Source: an uncultured Actinomycetes bacterium
GTDB taxonomy: Bacteria; Actinomycetota; Thermoleophilia; RBG-16-64-13
Reading direction: 5' to 3'
NCBI GenBank assembly: GCA_963841735.1
Contig: CAWJDT010000001.1
Location: 320,001-384,000, forward strand
Length of the DNA stretch: 64,000 bases
The position numbers were made by a program, and so were the translations under genes. Each line of letters opens with the position of its first letter. Positions within the stretch are counted from its first letter, which is position 1. Positions 1 to 10,348 of this stretch are shown piece by piece. The notes beneath the pieces were generated by a model that saw only the letters and a program-made list of their open reading frames with translations, made no database searches and was not told where the DNA came from.

Positions 1-628
1 TGACGGCGATGCCCCCCAGAGCTCCGATGGCGGCCGATATAGCAAAGGCCAGAAGGATCATGCGCCCGGTATTGATTCCCGACAGACTGGCCGCGCCCGG
101 GTCGGAGGCGGTGGCCGACATCTGCTTGCCGATGCGGGTGTAACTGGTGAGAAGATGCAGGGCCACCAGCACAACGATCATCAGCCCGATTACCCACAGG
201 CTCTGCCTCGATACGTTCACCCCGCCAATGCGGATGACCTGCTCGCCGGTGAAGTACGGGATGCTCTTGCCGTAGCCCCCCCAGCGCAACAGACTGAAGT
301 TCTCGAACAGGATGCTGAGCGCCAAGGTGGCCAGGATTATGGACACCAGCGAGATCTTGAGAAGAGGCTTGAGCACCAGCACATACATGATCAGACTCAA
401 GATGACCACGCAGATGATGCCCAGGATGGTGGAAAGCCAATACGGGAGGCCCAGTTCGACCAGGAACGAAAAGGTGAAGAACGCCCCGAACATAACGAAG
501 GCCCCTTGGGCCATGTTGACGATACGCGAAGTGCGATAGATGGTGACGTACCCAAGGGCTATGAGGGAGTAGATACTCCCCATGGTTATGCCGGTCACCA
601 GTAGCTGGATCCACTTGACCACAAGCAC
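1..628 (-). CDS. livH: Branched-chain amino acid ABC transporter permease (LivH-like), runs off the window edge
   Basis: Not in the ORF track. Manual minus-strand translation from GTG 628 gives ...WIQLLVTGITMGSIYSLIALGYVTIYRTSRIVNMAQGAFVMFGA..., the LivH N-terminal signature. Confidence 0.85.
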   Translation of the reverse strand, partial: MLVVKWIQLLVTGITMGSIYSLIALGYVTIYRTSRIVNMAQGAFVMFGAFFTFSFLVELGLPYWLSTILGIICVVILSLIMYVLVLKPLLKISLVSIILATLALSILFENFSLLRWGGYGKSIPYFTGEQVIRIGGVNVSRQSLWVIGLMIVVLVALHLLTSYTRIGKQMSATASDPGAASLSGINTGRMILLAFAISAAIGALGGIAV

Positions 629-684
629 CTCGCGCAAAAGAGACGACGAAGCAGCCCGACCATCGACTGGCGGGTCGGCACATT

Positions 685-713
685 ATGCTAGAGCCCGCGC
701 GCGCTCTTGTCAA
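685..713 (-). promoter_or_regulatory. Sigma70/SigA-type promoter for the livH-like gene
   Basis: Minus strand TTGACA-17 nt-TAGCAT, about 55 nt upstream of the start codon. Confidence 0.6.
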
Positions 714-899
714 GTATTTCCATCAGCGTTATGTATTGTCATGTCGTATTGCGCTCCGCCGATGCTCGGCCGCCCGGTGCGATTGCGGTGTATCTTGGCG
801 GGAAGCGCCACCGAGGGCCGTTCACGGACAGCGGGAAGATGCTCCGGCCAGGTGATGTGGGAGCGCCGCGGGCCACACCGTCCAACGTATGGAGGTCAG

Positions 900-1926
900 A
901 TGATCGTCGCAACCGGAGCCACCGGCCATGTGGGCAACGCACTGCTACGCGCCCTCTTGGAACGCCAAGCGGGCGGCGCGAAGGCCGGCCCCGCCGATGC
1001 TGCCGGGTTCACCGGCCCTTTGCGGGCGGTCGTGAGGCGTCAGAGCGACAGGTCCAGCCTGGCCGGCCTGAGACGTCGAGTTGGTCGAAGCCGACATGGG
1101 CGACGTCGAGTCCCTGGCCGCAGCCTTCCGGGGAGCGGACGCCGTCTTTCATGTAGCCGGGCTCATCAGCATCGGGGGCGAGAGACTCGAGAGCCTCCGC
1201 GCCACCAACGTGGAGGGCACCCGCAACGTGATCGAGGCCTGCCGGCTCGCGGGCGTCCGCCGACTGATCTACACCAGCTCGGTGCACGCTTTCGTCGAGC
1301 CGCCGCACGGCACTCCCACCGACGAGAACACCCCCATAGACCCAGAGCGGGCCCACGGTCCCTACGGCGTCACCAAGGCGGCGGCCACGCAGTTGGTGTT
1401 CGCCGCCGCCCGGGAGGGTCTCGACGCCGTGGTGGTATTCCCCTCGGGCATCATCGGGCCGTATGACTATCGGCCGTCGCATACGGGGTCGTTCATCAGG
1501 AGCGTCCTCCGGCGGAGGCTGGGGGCCTACGTCGACGGCGGATACAACTTTGTGGACGTGAGAGACGTGGCTGCCGGCCTCATCGCGGCGCTTGAAAGCG
1601 GCCGCTCAGGGGAGGGATACCTCCTGGCCGGGCAAGAGGTGACGGTGAGGCAACTGCTCAGCACCATCGAGGAACTTTCGGGTGTGCCCGCGCCCCGGCT
1701 CCGGCTCCCCTTCGGCTTCGTGCGCGCAGTCAGCTTCCTCACCCCCGCCTACTACAGGGTCACGAGGCAGAAGCGCGTATTCACCACCTACTCGCTCGAC
1801 GTCATCGCCTCGAACTGCTGCATGGACAGCAGCAAAGCCGCCCGGGAGCTGGGCTACTCGCCTCGGCCCCTGCGCGAGACCTTGGCAGACACCGTGCGCT
1901 GGTTCCGAGAGCAGGGGATGGTCTAG
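900..1926 (+). CDS. NAD-dependent epimerase/dehydratase (extended SDR, dihydroflavonol-reductase-like); one frameshift near 1070
   Basis: GGAGG RBS then ATG 900 with MIVATGATGHVG (Rossmann motif). Continues in ORF 1081..1926 with YTSSVH and the YGVTK (YxxxK) motif. Confidence 0.8.
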
Positions 1927-2044
1927 GGGATGGCGAGCGTGACGTCGCACATAGTTGGCCTCCGCGCTAAAGCTTCGCCTTGAGAAAGACGACAAGACCG
2001 TAAGTGCTTCCGAACTTCGCGCCTAACCGAAAGTCCACGTCAGG

Positions 2045-4288
2045 GTGAGATTGTCAATACAATACTCGCGGATGTCCCTCCGCTGGAGGATTCTCGTCCC
2101 CTTTCTAGCGGTCTCCCTGATCGTGTCGTTCACGGGTGCGTGGGTGCTCGGGCGTTCGCTGGAAGACCAAGTGTACGATCAAGCCGACGAAGAGGTGCAG
2201 CAAGAGGCCGCATTCATCGCCTCCTATCTCGAACGCGAGGGGTCGTTCATCGTCTCGCAGCTGACCCTCGCGGTCGAAGAGGGCAGGATGCTGATAGGCA
2301 CCGAGACAAACCTCGCCGAGGCGATGTCTGAGCTGGATGTGGTGAGCATCATGCGGATGCTCGGATTCGGTGGCAATAGTCTGGTCAAGGTCGACCTCGT
2401 CAAGATCGTGGGCCCTCATGGAGAGACGGTGCTCGAGCTGCACCGAGATCTGCTCACGGGACGCCAGCTCGATGACGAAGCACTAGTCGCCAAAGGTCTC
2501 GATGGCATCAGCTGCGGGGACATCATCACGACGACCGATGGCAAGAGCGCATACCTCGTGGGCACCGCGGCACTCGCGGGCACCTCGACGCTAGAGGACG
2601 CGTCCTCGGGTGGACTTCTCATTCTGGGAAGCAAGATCGATCGGAAAGCGTTGTTGGGTACGGGGTTGTCAGAGCGCGTGCTCTTTGCCTTCACCGACGA
2701 CGGCATCGCGGCCTGCAGCGAGAACGGATACAACGATGCCGAGTGGACCGAGGCACTTGCCACGGCAAGCGGCGGGCGCCTCACAGTAGGCGGCGAGCAG
2801 TACGTGATGGCGAGCGCCCCGGTGAACATCAACGGCGCACCCAGCGCGGTGCGCGTGGCCACTGCCCTGCCCCTTGAGGCTCTGGCGGCCGAGGCCGCCG
2901 GCGACTGGACACGCACCTGGCTGATATTCGCGGCGGGGGCGGCGGTGCTACTCCTAGCCGGGCTCATCGTCGCCCGACGACTCGTCCATCCCGTGCGCCA
3001 ACTGACCGCCGCGACCGCGCGGTTGAAGAACGGCGATTTTGACACGCGCATCGAGATAAGGCGTGGCGACGAGATAGGCGAACTGGCCCGGGCTTTCAAT
3101 ACGATGGGCGAGGAGCTCAAGACACGAGATGCGCGTCTGGCCGAGAGTTTTAACGAGGTCAAGCGGCTCAGCGAGACCGACGCCCTTACCGGCCTACTCA
3201 ACCACCGCATGATCGCCGAGCACATAGGCCGAGAAGTGGCCAGAGCAATGCGCTATGGAGGCCGCTTCGGCTTGATCGTCATCGATCTGGACAACTTCAA
3301 ACTTCTAAACGACACCTACGGCCACCCCGTGGGCGACGAGGCTCTCCGGCGATTCGCCCGGATACTCATGGACCAGACCCGAGAGATAGACTCAGTCGGC
3401 CGGTGTGGCGGAGACGAATTCATGCTGGTTCTGCCGGAATGCGGCCCGCAGGAAATAGCAGGAGCTGTCGAGAAACTGCGGACAGTACTGGCCTCCAATG
3501 CATTCGAAGCCCCCGACGGCAGCCTCGTACCGATCAGGATGAGCCTGGGTGTGGCCTGCTATCCGGATGACGCCCAAGACGTGAACACGCTCATCGCGTT
3601 GGCCGACGCCAACCTATACCTGTCAAAGAGCCGCGGTGGCGAAACGGTCACAGGTGTACCGCTGGATGAGATCTCGTTGGAGGACATGACCGCCTTTGGC
3701 ATGTTGGGCTCACTCGTCACCCTCGTGGACAACAAAGACCGCTACACGCGCCACCATTCGGAAGAAGTGACAGCGCTGGCCATGATTATCGGCAAGGCTC
3801 TCGACCTCTCCGAGGAAAGCCAGCGGGTACTGCGTGTCGCCGGATTGCTGCACGATGTCGGCAAGATCGGCGTGCCTGATCGCATTCTGCGCAAGCCGGG
3901 GCGCCTCACCGATGAAGAGTACGAGATAGTCAGACAGCACTCCGCGGTGGGCGACGCGATCATTGCCGCCATACCCGACCTCGCCGAGATCCGCTCCATC
4001 GTCTTGTCGCACCACGAGCGTTACGACGGCAGCGGATATCCCAGTGAATTGTGTGGCGACAAGATCCCGCTCATGGCTCGCATTCTGGCCGTTGCCGATT
4101 CCTACTCGGCCATGGTGACCGACCGGCCGTACCGGAAGGCGCGGACCAAAGAGGCGGCGATTGCCGAGCTGCTGGCCTGCAGAGGCACCCAGTTCGATCC
4201 CGAATGCGTCGACGCGTTCATCGGCGTGCTGGAAGGCCAGAAAAGCACTCTCGGAGCCGAGAGAACGAACGTGGTCAGTCAGGACTAG
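2045..4288 (+). CDS. Membrane-anchored HAMP-GGDEF-HD-GYP c-di-GMP signalling protein
   Basis: Two TM helices flank an extracytoplasmic domain, then HAMP (DEIGELARAFN), RxxD I-site with GGDEF, and HD-GYP motifs (HDVGK, HHERYDGSGYP). Confidence 0.92.
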   Translation: MRLSIQYSRMSLRWRILVPFLAVSLIVSFTGAWVLGRSLEDQVYDQADEEVQQEAAFIASYLEREGSFIVSQLTLAVEEGRMLIGTETNLAEAMSELDVVSIMRMLGFGGNSLVKVDLVKIVGPHGETVLELHRDLLTGRQLDDEALVAKGLDGISCGDIITTTDGKSAYLVGTAALAGTSTLEDASSGGLLILGSKIDRKALLGTGLSERVLFAFTDDGIAACSENGYNDAEWTEALATASGGRLTVGGEQYVMASAPVNINGAPSAVRVATALPLEALAAEAAGDWTRTWLIFAAGAAVLLLAGLIVARRLVHPVRQLTAATARLKNGDFDTRIEIRRGDEIGELARAFNTMGEELKTRDARLAESFNEVKRLSETDALTGLLNHRMIAEHIGREVARAMRYGGRFGLIVIDLDNFKLLNDTYGHPVGDEALRRFARILMDQTREIDSVGRCGGDEFMLVLPECGPQEIAGAVEKLRTVLASNAFEAPDGSLVPIRMSLGVACYPDDAQDVNTLIALADANLYLSKSRGGETVTGVPLDEISLEDMTAFGMLGSLVTLVDNKDRYTRHHSEEVTALAMIIGKALDLSEESQRVLRVAGLLHDVGKIGVPDRILRKPGRLTDEEYEIVRQHSAVGDAIIAAIPDLAEIRSIVLSHHERYDGSGYPSELCGDKIPLMARILAVADSYSAMVTDRPYRKARTKEAAIAELLACRGTQFDPECVDAFIGVLEGQKSTLGAERTNVVSQD

Positions 4289-4475
4289 AGAGTCGGGTGC
4301 GGACGAAGCCAACGTGACTCCGGGCTGCCCAAAACCCTAGTATCCGCTCGACCGCCACGGTGTCGTTACCCCCTAGACAATCGTCTGAACAACGACCAAT
4401 ATGTGGAGTACCGCTACGTCAGCAGCTAGCCGGTAGGCAACGTCACGGCAGACGTAGCAAAGAGGAGGTTCGACA

Positions 4476-5764
4476 ATGCCGTCGGAGATCGAGAGTCTAC
4501 ACAAGAAGTACCTGTTTCCCTGCGTAGCTACCTACTATGAGAAGCCCCTCACGCTGGTCCGGGGCAAGGGCATGCATCTCACCGACGCTGAGGGCAAGAA
4601 GTACCTTGACTTCTTCGGCGGCATCCTCACCGTCAGCGTGGGCCACTGCAACTACAACGTGAACCAGGCGGTCATCGACCAGTGCCAGACGCTGCAGCAC
4701 ACCTCCACGCTCTATGTTACCGAGCCCCAGGTGCGACTGGCCAAGAAGCTGGCGGACCTCACACCCGGGGCACTCAGCAAGAGCTTCTTCACTTCTTCGG
4801 GCACCGAAGCCAACGAGACGGCCGTGCTCTTTGCCGGCGTTCCACCGGCCGCTCCGACGTCGTCGCGCTTCGCCACGCCTACTCCGGCCGTAGCGAGGTG
4901 ACCCTCAACATCACCGCTCACTCCACCTGGCGCCCGATGCCCAGCAGCATCGCCTACATCAAGCACGCCCACAACCCGTACTGCTATCGCTGCGGCCTGG
5001 GTCTCTCCTATCCGTCCTGCGACCTGCGCTGCGCACGCGACGTGGAGGAGCTGATTCAGACGACCACGACCGGCGAGATCGCAGCCTTCATGGCTGAGCC
5101 CATCCAGGGAGTGGGCGGGTTCATCACGCCGCCCAAGGAGTACTTCCAAGTGGTCCTGGAGATCGTGCGCAAGTACGGCGGGCTGTTCATCTGCGACGAG
5201 GTGCAGACGGGATGCGGTCGCACGGGCAAGACGTTCTGCGGCATCGAGCACTGGGATGTGCAGCCCGACATCATGACCTTCGCCAAGGGCCTGGCCAACG
5301 GACTACCGATCGGAGCCACCATCGCCACGCCCGCCGTAGCCGACTGCCTCACGGGGCTCTCCATCGCCACTTTCGGCGGCAACCCGGTAAGCACCCGGGG
5401 TGCGCTGGCCACCATCGAGTTCATCGAGAGCCAGCGACTGGCCGACAACGCTCACCTGCAGGGGGGACGGCTCCGCGATGGCCTCGAGGCTCTCAAGGCC
5501 AAGTACCCCTGCATCGGCGACGTGCGCGGCATGGGCCTCATGCAGGGCATGGAGGTGGTCGATCCGGCCTCGCCCGGCGGCAAGGCGCCCGATGCCAAGA
5601 AGGTGCTGCGGGTGTTTGAAGAGACGCGCCACTTGGGGCTGCTGATCGGCAAGGGCGGACTCTACGGCAACGTCATACGCCTCACACCGCCGCTGATAGT
5701 GTCTTCGAGCGAAATCGACGAGGCGCTGGTCGTGCTCGACAAGGCCTTCGCCGCGGCAGGCTGA
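4476..5764 (+). CDS. Class III PLP aminotransferase (AGXT2/4-aminobutyrate aminotransferase-like); frameshift near 4835
   Basis: Motifs YLDFFGGI, SGTEANE, EPIQGVGG, DEVQTGCGRTG and TFAKGLANG (PLP Lys), split over ORFs 4476..4901 and 4682..5764. Strong RBS GAGGAGG. Confidence 0.88.
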
Positions 5765-5815
5765 TCGCGCCGCAAACGGGGGCTCGCGCCCTCGTGGGCC
5801 GCGAGCGCTGCGCTG

Positions 5816-6776
5816 TCAGTCCAGCAGCCCCGCGGGCAGATCCGACCCACGCGGCGATAATCGCCTGGATCTGGTCCTCGTAGCGCGCCAGCCGCGAGTC
5901 TATGTCGACTTCGCCGCTCAGGGCGGCTTGGATGGCCAGAAACAGCCAGAGATGGGTCCGGAGAAGATCTCCGCGATCGTACTTGTCGTCCCAGGAGGCC
6001 CTCATGTAGCTGTTGTCCTGAGCGCCGAGCAGACTGTAGGCGATCAACTCGAAGGGAACAGGCTCCCCGGGTGACCCCTTCGGGCGCATGGCCTTCAGGT
6101 CCTCGATCATGGGACCGACGATGGCCCCAAACGCCTCCTCCACGAACTTGCGGATGTCGCTCTCCCCGTGAGTGCCCTCCGAGTGGATGAGACCTATCAC
6201 ATCCACACCCAGAGCACGTATCCGGAGGTCGCCGACCAAGTTGGCAAGCAGCCTCTCTCCAAAGTCGGTTGTCCTGGCCAGTTCGGGCTGCCGGTCGGCC
6301 ACGTTCCACTTGATGAAGGTGTTGTGACACTCGATCAGGAGCCGGCGCTTGCTCGGGAAGTGATCATAGAAGACGTGCGGAGTGACTCCGGCCTTCTTGA
6401 TGATGGTGGCCACGTGGGTCTGCCGGTACCCCTTGGTCATGAACTCCCTGGTGGCGACCAGGATGATGGCCCTGTGGGTCCGCACATTCTCCTGCTCCGC
6501 AAGATCGACACCGCTCTGGTTGGCCCGGTCGAGCGTGTGCTCAAGCTCGTCCTTGATCTCCGCCAGCGAGCGGCCGGCCTGCTTCAGCTCACCGATCTGC
6601 ATGAGCATCTGAACGTGGTCCTCGGAGTACAGTGAGCGGCTGGCCGCCGTCTTCGCGGGTTGGGGCAGCAGCCCTTCGCGGATGTAGTAGTGGATGGTGC
6701 TTCGCGCCACCCCGGTCGCCTGCTCAAGAGCGGAGATTGTCAGTGCCTTGCACGATGTGCGGTCTCCTCGACTCAC
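5816..6776 (-). CDS. MerR-HTH plus TetR-HTH fusion transcriptional regulator (exact ends uncertain, probable frameshift near the 3' end)
   Basis: N-terminal ISALEQATGVARSTIHYYIREGLLP (MerR), then FMTKGYRQTHVATIIKKAGVTPHVFYDHFPSK (TetR). The called ORF overlaps the convergent aminotransferase; a TGA at 5816-5818 in another frame is the likely real stop. Confidence 0.8.
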
Positions 6777-6797
6777 CCGGTCGCGGATGCCGGGTAT

Positions 6798-6826
6798 CTA
6801 GTAGCATCTTGGCAGATGTCGGTCAA
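6798..6826 (-). promoter_or_regulatory. Promoter of the MerR/TetR gene with an inverted repeat in its spacer
   Basis: Minus strand TTGACC-17 nt-TACTAG; the spacer contains CATCT-N4-AGATG (6805..6818). Confidence 0.5.
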
Positions 6827-7496
6827 AGCCGCATCCGCCTATCTGTGCCGTCCTCACTCTGAAATAGTCCCAGGAGTTCAGTGATCCCCCCCAACCTGAA
6901 GTCGGCTTCGCTGCTGCGCACTGCATCTCCGATCGCCGCCGCCAGCATCCCGGCCGCTTTCGCCGCCTTGATACCCGCCTCCGCGTCTTCGACCACGACG
7001 CACTCGTCCGGCCTTACCCCGAGCCGGCGGGCGGCGACCAGGAAGACGTCGGGGGCCGGTTTTGTCCGCTTTATGTCATTGCCATCCGCCAGCGCGTCGA
7101 AAGCGTCTTGCAGACCTATCTGCTCGTAGAATGCGCGGGGCGTTCCTGCTGGACGAGCCTACGGCGATCTTGATACCCGCGGCCTTCAGCGCGTCGAGAA
7201 CTGCCGTGACCTCCTTCGGCACGTCGTCCGGAGTAAGACTCCGCAGAGCCTCCACGTAGCGGGCGTTCTTGGTCTCCGCCAGCGCGAGCTTCTCCGCATC
7301 GCTGTACTGCCTCGGAGCCCCCTCCAGGATCATCTCCAGACTCTCCATCCGGGAGACGCCCCGCAGGCGGTTGTTGATGACTTCGTCGAAGTAGATGCCC
7401 TCGCTATCGGCGATAGACTTCCACGCCCGGTAGTGCAGGGCGTCGGTGCTGACTATCACCCCGTCCAAGTCGAATATCACCGCCCGGATGTTCATC
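6823..7496 (-). CDS. pgmB: Beta-phosphoglucomutase (HAD); frameshift near 7130
   Basis: MNIRAVIFDLDGVIVSTDALHYRAW...LRGVSRMESL...GSSSRNA. The downstream frame has KPAPDVF...VVEDAEAG. Confidence 0.88.
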
Positions 7497-7497
7497 C

Positions 7498-9216
7498 CTA
7501 TAGCCTGGTGTCCCATTTGCCGCAGAACGGATCCACGGGGCTCGTGCCCTTGAACGGCGACCTGCCCATCAGCTTGTCCATCAACTTCTCCAGGACCGTG
7601 TCCGAGGAACCGTAGGTGTTGATGTAGGTCTTCACCCGCGGAACATCGAGTAGGTGGTAGGGATTCTCGAGCGAGATGAAGACGGTCGGGACGGAATTGA
7701 CGTAGATGGGGACATCGCTGCCCATGGGGGGCGCCCACTTGATTCTGACTGTGGTCTGATTGCTCCTGGTGCCCAGGTTGGCCACGTAGATCATGAGGTC
7801 ATAGCCGGCCACAAGTCGGCATAGGACCGCAGGCGGCCTTCCATACCTTCAGGGGCCGCAAAGACCTCGACGGTGAAGCCCTCCTTCTCCAGCAGCGACC
7901 TGGACTTGCTCCGTCAGCCCTGCGTCCGGGCGCCGCGGCCAAAGAAGTCCCCATCGCTTTCCAGTCGGTACAGCAACACCCGCTTCGTCCTGCTCGGGAC
8001 TCAAGGGGAGGACTCCCTTCTGCTGCTTCACAAGCGTTATCGACTCGTCCGCGCACTCTCCGGCCCAAGCGCGGTGCTCTGGGCAGTTCAGTATCTCCTT
8101 GGCGGTCTCCAACCGAGGAACAAGCGCGCCCTGTGCCTTCTTCTCGTGCAGCCGCAGACGCGGCCTTGAGCGCAAGCACGTTGCGCACTGCGTCCGTCAG
8201 CCTCTCCTCCGTCAGGATGCCGCTCGTCAAGCCGTCTCTCATGTAGCCGAAGTCTTCCGTCCAGATTCCTGGTGAACAAGAAGACGTCACAGCCCGCGGC
8301 TATGGTCTGCGGCACAGCCTTCGACCGTTCCATGGCCATGGCCATCCCCGCCATGGGGGTGGCGTCGCTGACCACCAAGCCGGCAAATCCGAGCTTCTCC
8401 CGAAGAAGAGTAGTGGTGATCTCGTACGACAGCGAGGCCGGCAGGATGTCCTCGTCCTTGATGCCGGGATGAAGCCTTCTCGAATACTCCGGCAGGGCGA
8501 TGTGCCCCACCATCACAGCCAGCGCGCCCGCGTCGATGCAGGCCTTGAACACCTGGCCGTAGCTGTCGTCCCATGCCTCACAGCTCAGAGTGTTGACCGT
8601 GGTGACCAGGTGGTGGTCTCGTTCGTCCACGCCGTCGCCCGGGAAGTGCTTCACCGTCGCGGCGACCCCGTTTTCCTGGAGCCCCTTCAGACAGGCCGTA
8701 GCCATGTCGATCACGCACCCCGGGTCAGATCCGAAGGTCCTCGTGTTGGTGATGGGGTTCCGGAAGTTGTAGTCGATGTCGACGACGGGCGCATAGGCCC
8801 AGTTGATCCCCACCGCGGAAGCCTCCCGGCCGCAGGCGACGCCCAGCTTGTAGGCCATGCTCCACGTCGCCGGTGGCGGCGACCGCCATCAGGCTGCCGA
8901 TGCGCGTGCCATCGGTAGACACACCATCCCCGCCCGCCTCGAGGTTGCCGGACATAAGCAGGGGCACCTCGCCGCTCTCTTGGAGCAATCTCACCGTGTC
9001 GATGACGTCTTCGGCCGAGCCGCTGCGGCACATCACCCCGCCGACCTTGAGGACGCCGGCCATATGCCGCAGGGCCTTCTCGTCGGCGCCGTAGGAGACC
9101 AGGCAGAACACCTGCCCGATCTTCTCCTCCACCGACATGGCGCCGAGCGTGCTCTCCACCCAGTCGACATCGGCGTCGCTGAGCAGAAACGGGGCCTGTT
9201 GCAGTCTGCTATTCAT
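7498..9216 (-). CDS. GH3 glycoside hydrolase/phosphorylase (NagZ/Nag3/BglP-like subgroup); several frameshifts
   Basis: Fragments give MSVEEKIGQVF, APVVDIDYNFRNPITNTRTFG, KHFPGDGVDERDHH, VVSDA (nucleophile) and C-terminal ISLENPYHLLDVP...SPVDPFCG. Confidence 0.85.
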
Positions 9217-9990
9217 CGGCGTCTCTGTAGATGATCGACGCTTTGCCGTGCGACGTTCTCCGCAGCTCCGCGGCGAAGGGTAGTTCGCGGCTCAGATACC
9301 AGTGGTTCAGCCGCGGAGCCACCTGCTGGCTGACCTTCGAGGATGGCCCTGTCGAGCTCGATGAAATCGTCGATGTGCGAACAGGCGATGGGGGCGCCAT
9401 TGTGCGCGGGGCAGATAGACGCGAACTCCGCCTGCCGGGCCTTCAGTCTCAGCATGTTGGCCAGGTGCTTGTCGACCATGGCCATCCAGCGCGGCCCGGT
9501 CGTTCGTATGGTAGTCGAACAGCAGGACCTGCCCCGCCTCGATCTCGTCACCCGCAAACAGCATCTTCGTCTGCCGATCCAACAGCGCGATGCTGCCCGA
9601 AGCGTGAGCGGGTATCTCGATTACTTCCACTTGTCGCCCGCCCAGCTCGAACACGAAGCCCTCGCCTACAAAGACCTTCGTGTAGTCGGGCCACGGAAGC
9701 TCGCGCCGCTCGCGGCAGCGGGGGCATGCCGGCGATGTCGGCCAGCCGCGTCGGCATGCATGTGCACTTCTTGCCACCAGCCGTTGCCGCCCACGTGGTC
9801 GAGATGGCCATGAGTGTTCACTACGATCAGCGGCTTGTCCGTGAGCCGCTCGACGTACTTCCTCAGCGGCCCGCATCCCCAGCCCGTGTCGATGAGGAGG
9901 GCCCGCTCGCTCCCCTCCAGGAGGTACATGTACTGCGTCCCACGCAGCATGGTGATGAATACGGTGGTGTCGTCGCCCGCCAGTGTTCAT
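9213..9990 (-). CDS. MBL-fold metallo-hydrolase; frameshifted
   Basis: YLLEGSERALLIDTG, THGHLDH (HxHxDH), PAHASGS, LFAGD and CPAH across ORFs 9666..9950, 9307..9990 and 9213..9557. Confidence 0.8.
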
Positions 9991-10115
9991 AACTTTCCCG
10001 CAGCATTCTCCACACGCTCTTCCCGCGACCGCTCTCGGTCGCCAACCTCGGCTTCACCATCGATCGTAGACGCTCTCGCGGCTGTGACCATAGCCGGAGG
10101 GCGCTTAGCTCCTGG

Positions 10116-10181
10116 ATAGTAGAGCTTGCCAAGCCGAGTGTCAACAATACAGATTGTGGTTTCTAGTCGTGAAGTGCCATG
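10116..10181 (-). promoter_or_regulatory. SigA promoter with a conserved upstream 22-bp element (copy 1)
   Basis: Minus strand TTGACA-17-TACTAT (10116..10144). Plus-strand element TTTCTAGTCGTGAAGTGCCATG at 10160..10181 matches 24384..24405 at 19/22 positions with identical spacing. Confidence 0.65.
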
Positions 10182-10261
10182 GCCGGCGGCAGCGGCTTGA
10201 GCAACAGCCGGCGCCCGGCTATGGAACAGCACTTTGCGACCCGCATTGTTGAGCGCCGTTA

Positions 10262-10290
10262 TTGACAGCCCAACCACCAACCCCTACCAT
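10262..10290 (+). promoter_or_regulatory. SigA promoter for the lipoprotein esterase cluster
   Basis: TTGACA-17 nt-TACCAT upstream of the GGAGGGAG RBS and ATG 10349. Confidence 0.6.
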
Positions 10291-10348
10291 CAGTACTCAG
10301 GTTGGGACAGGTAGGGGGCAACGTTGCTCTACGCTCGGAGGGAGTGTC

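Noticed and set aside
5682-5815. C-terminal extension of the MerR/TetR ORF overlapping the aminotransferase
   Set aside because: A low-complexity Arg-rich tail overlapping a convergent gene; more likely read-through from an indel.
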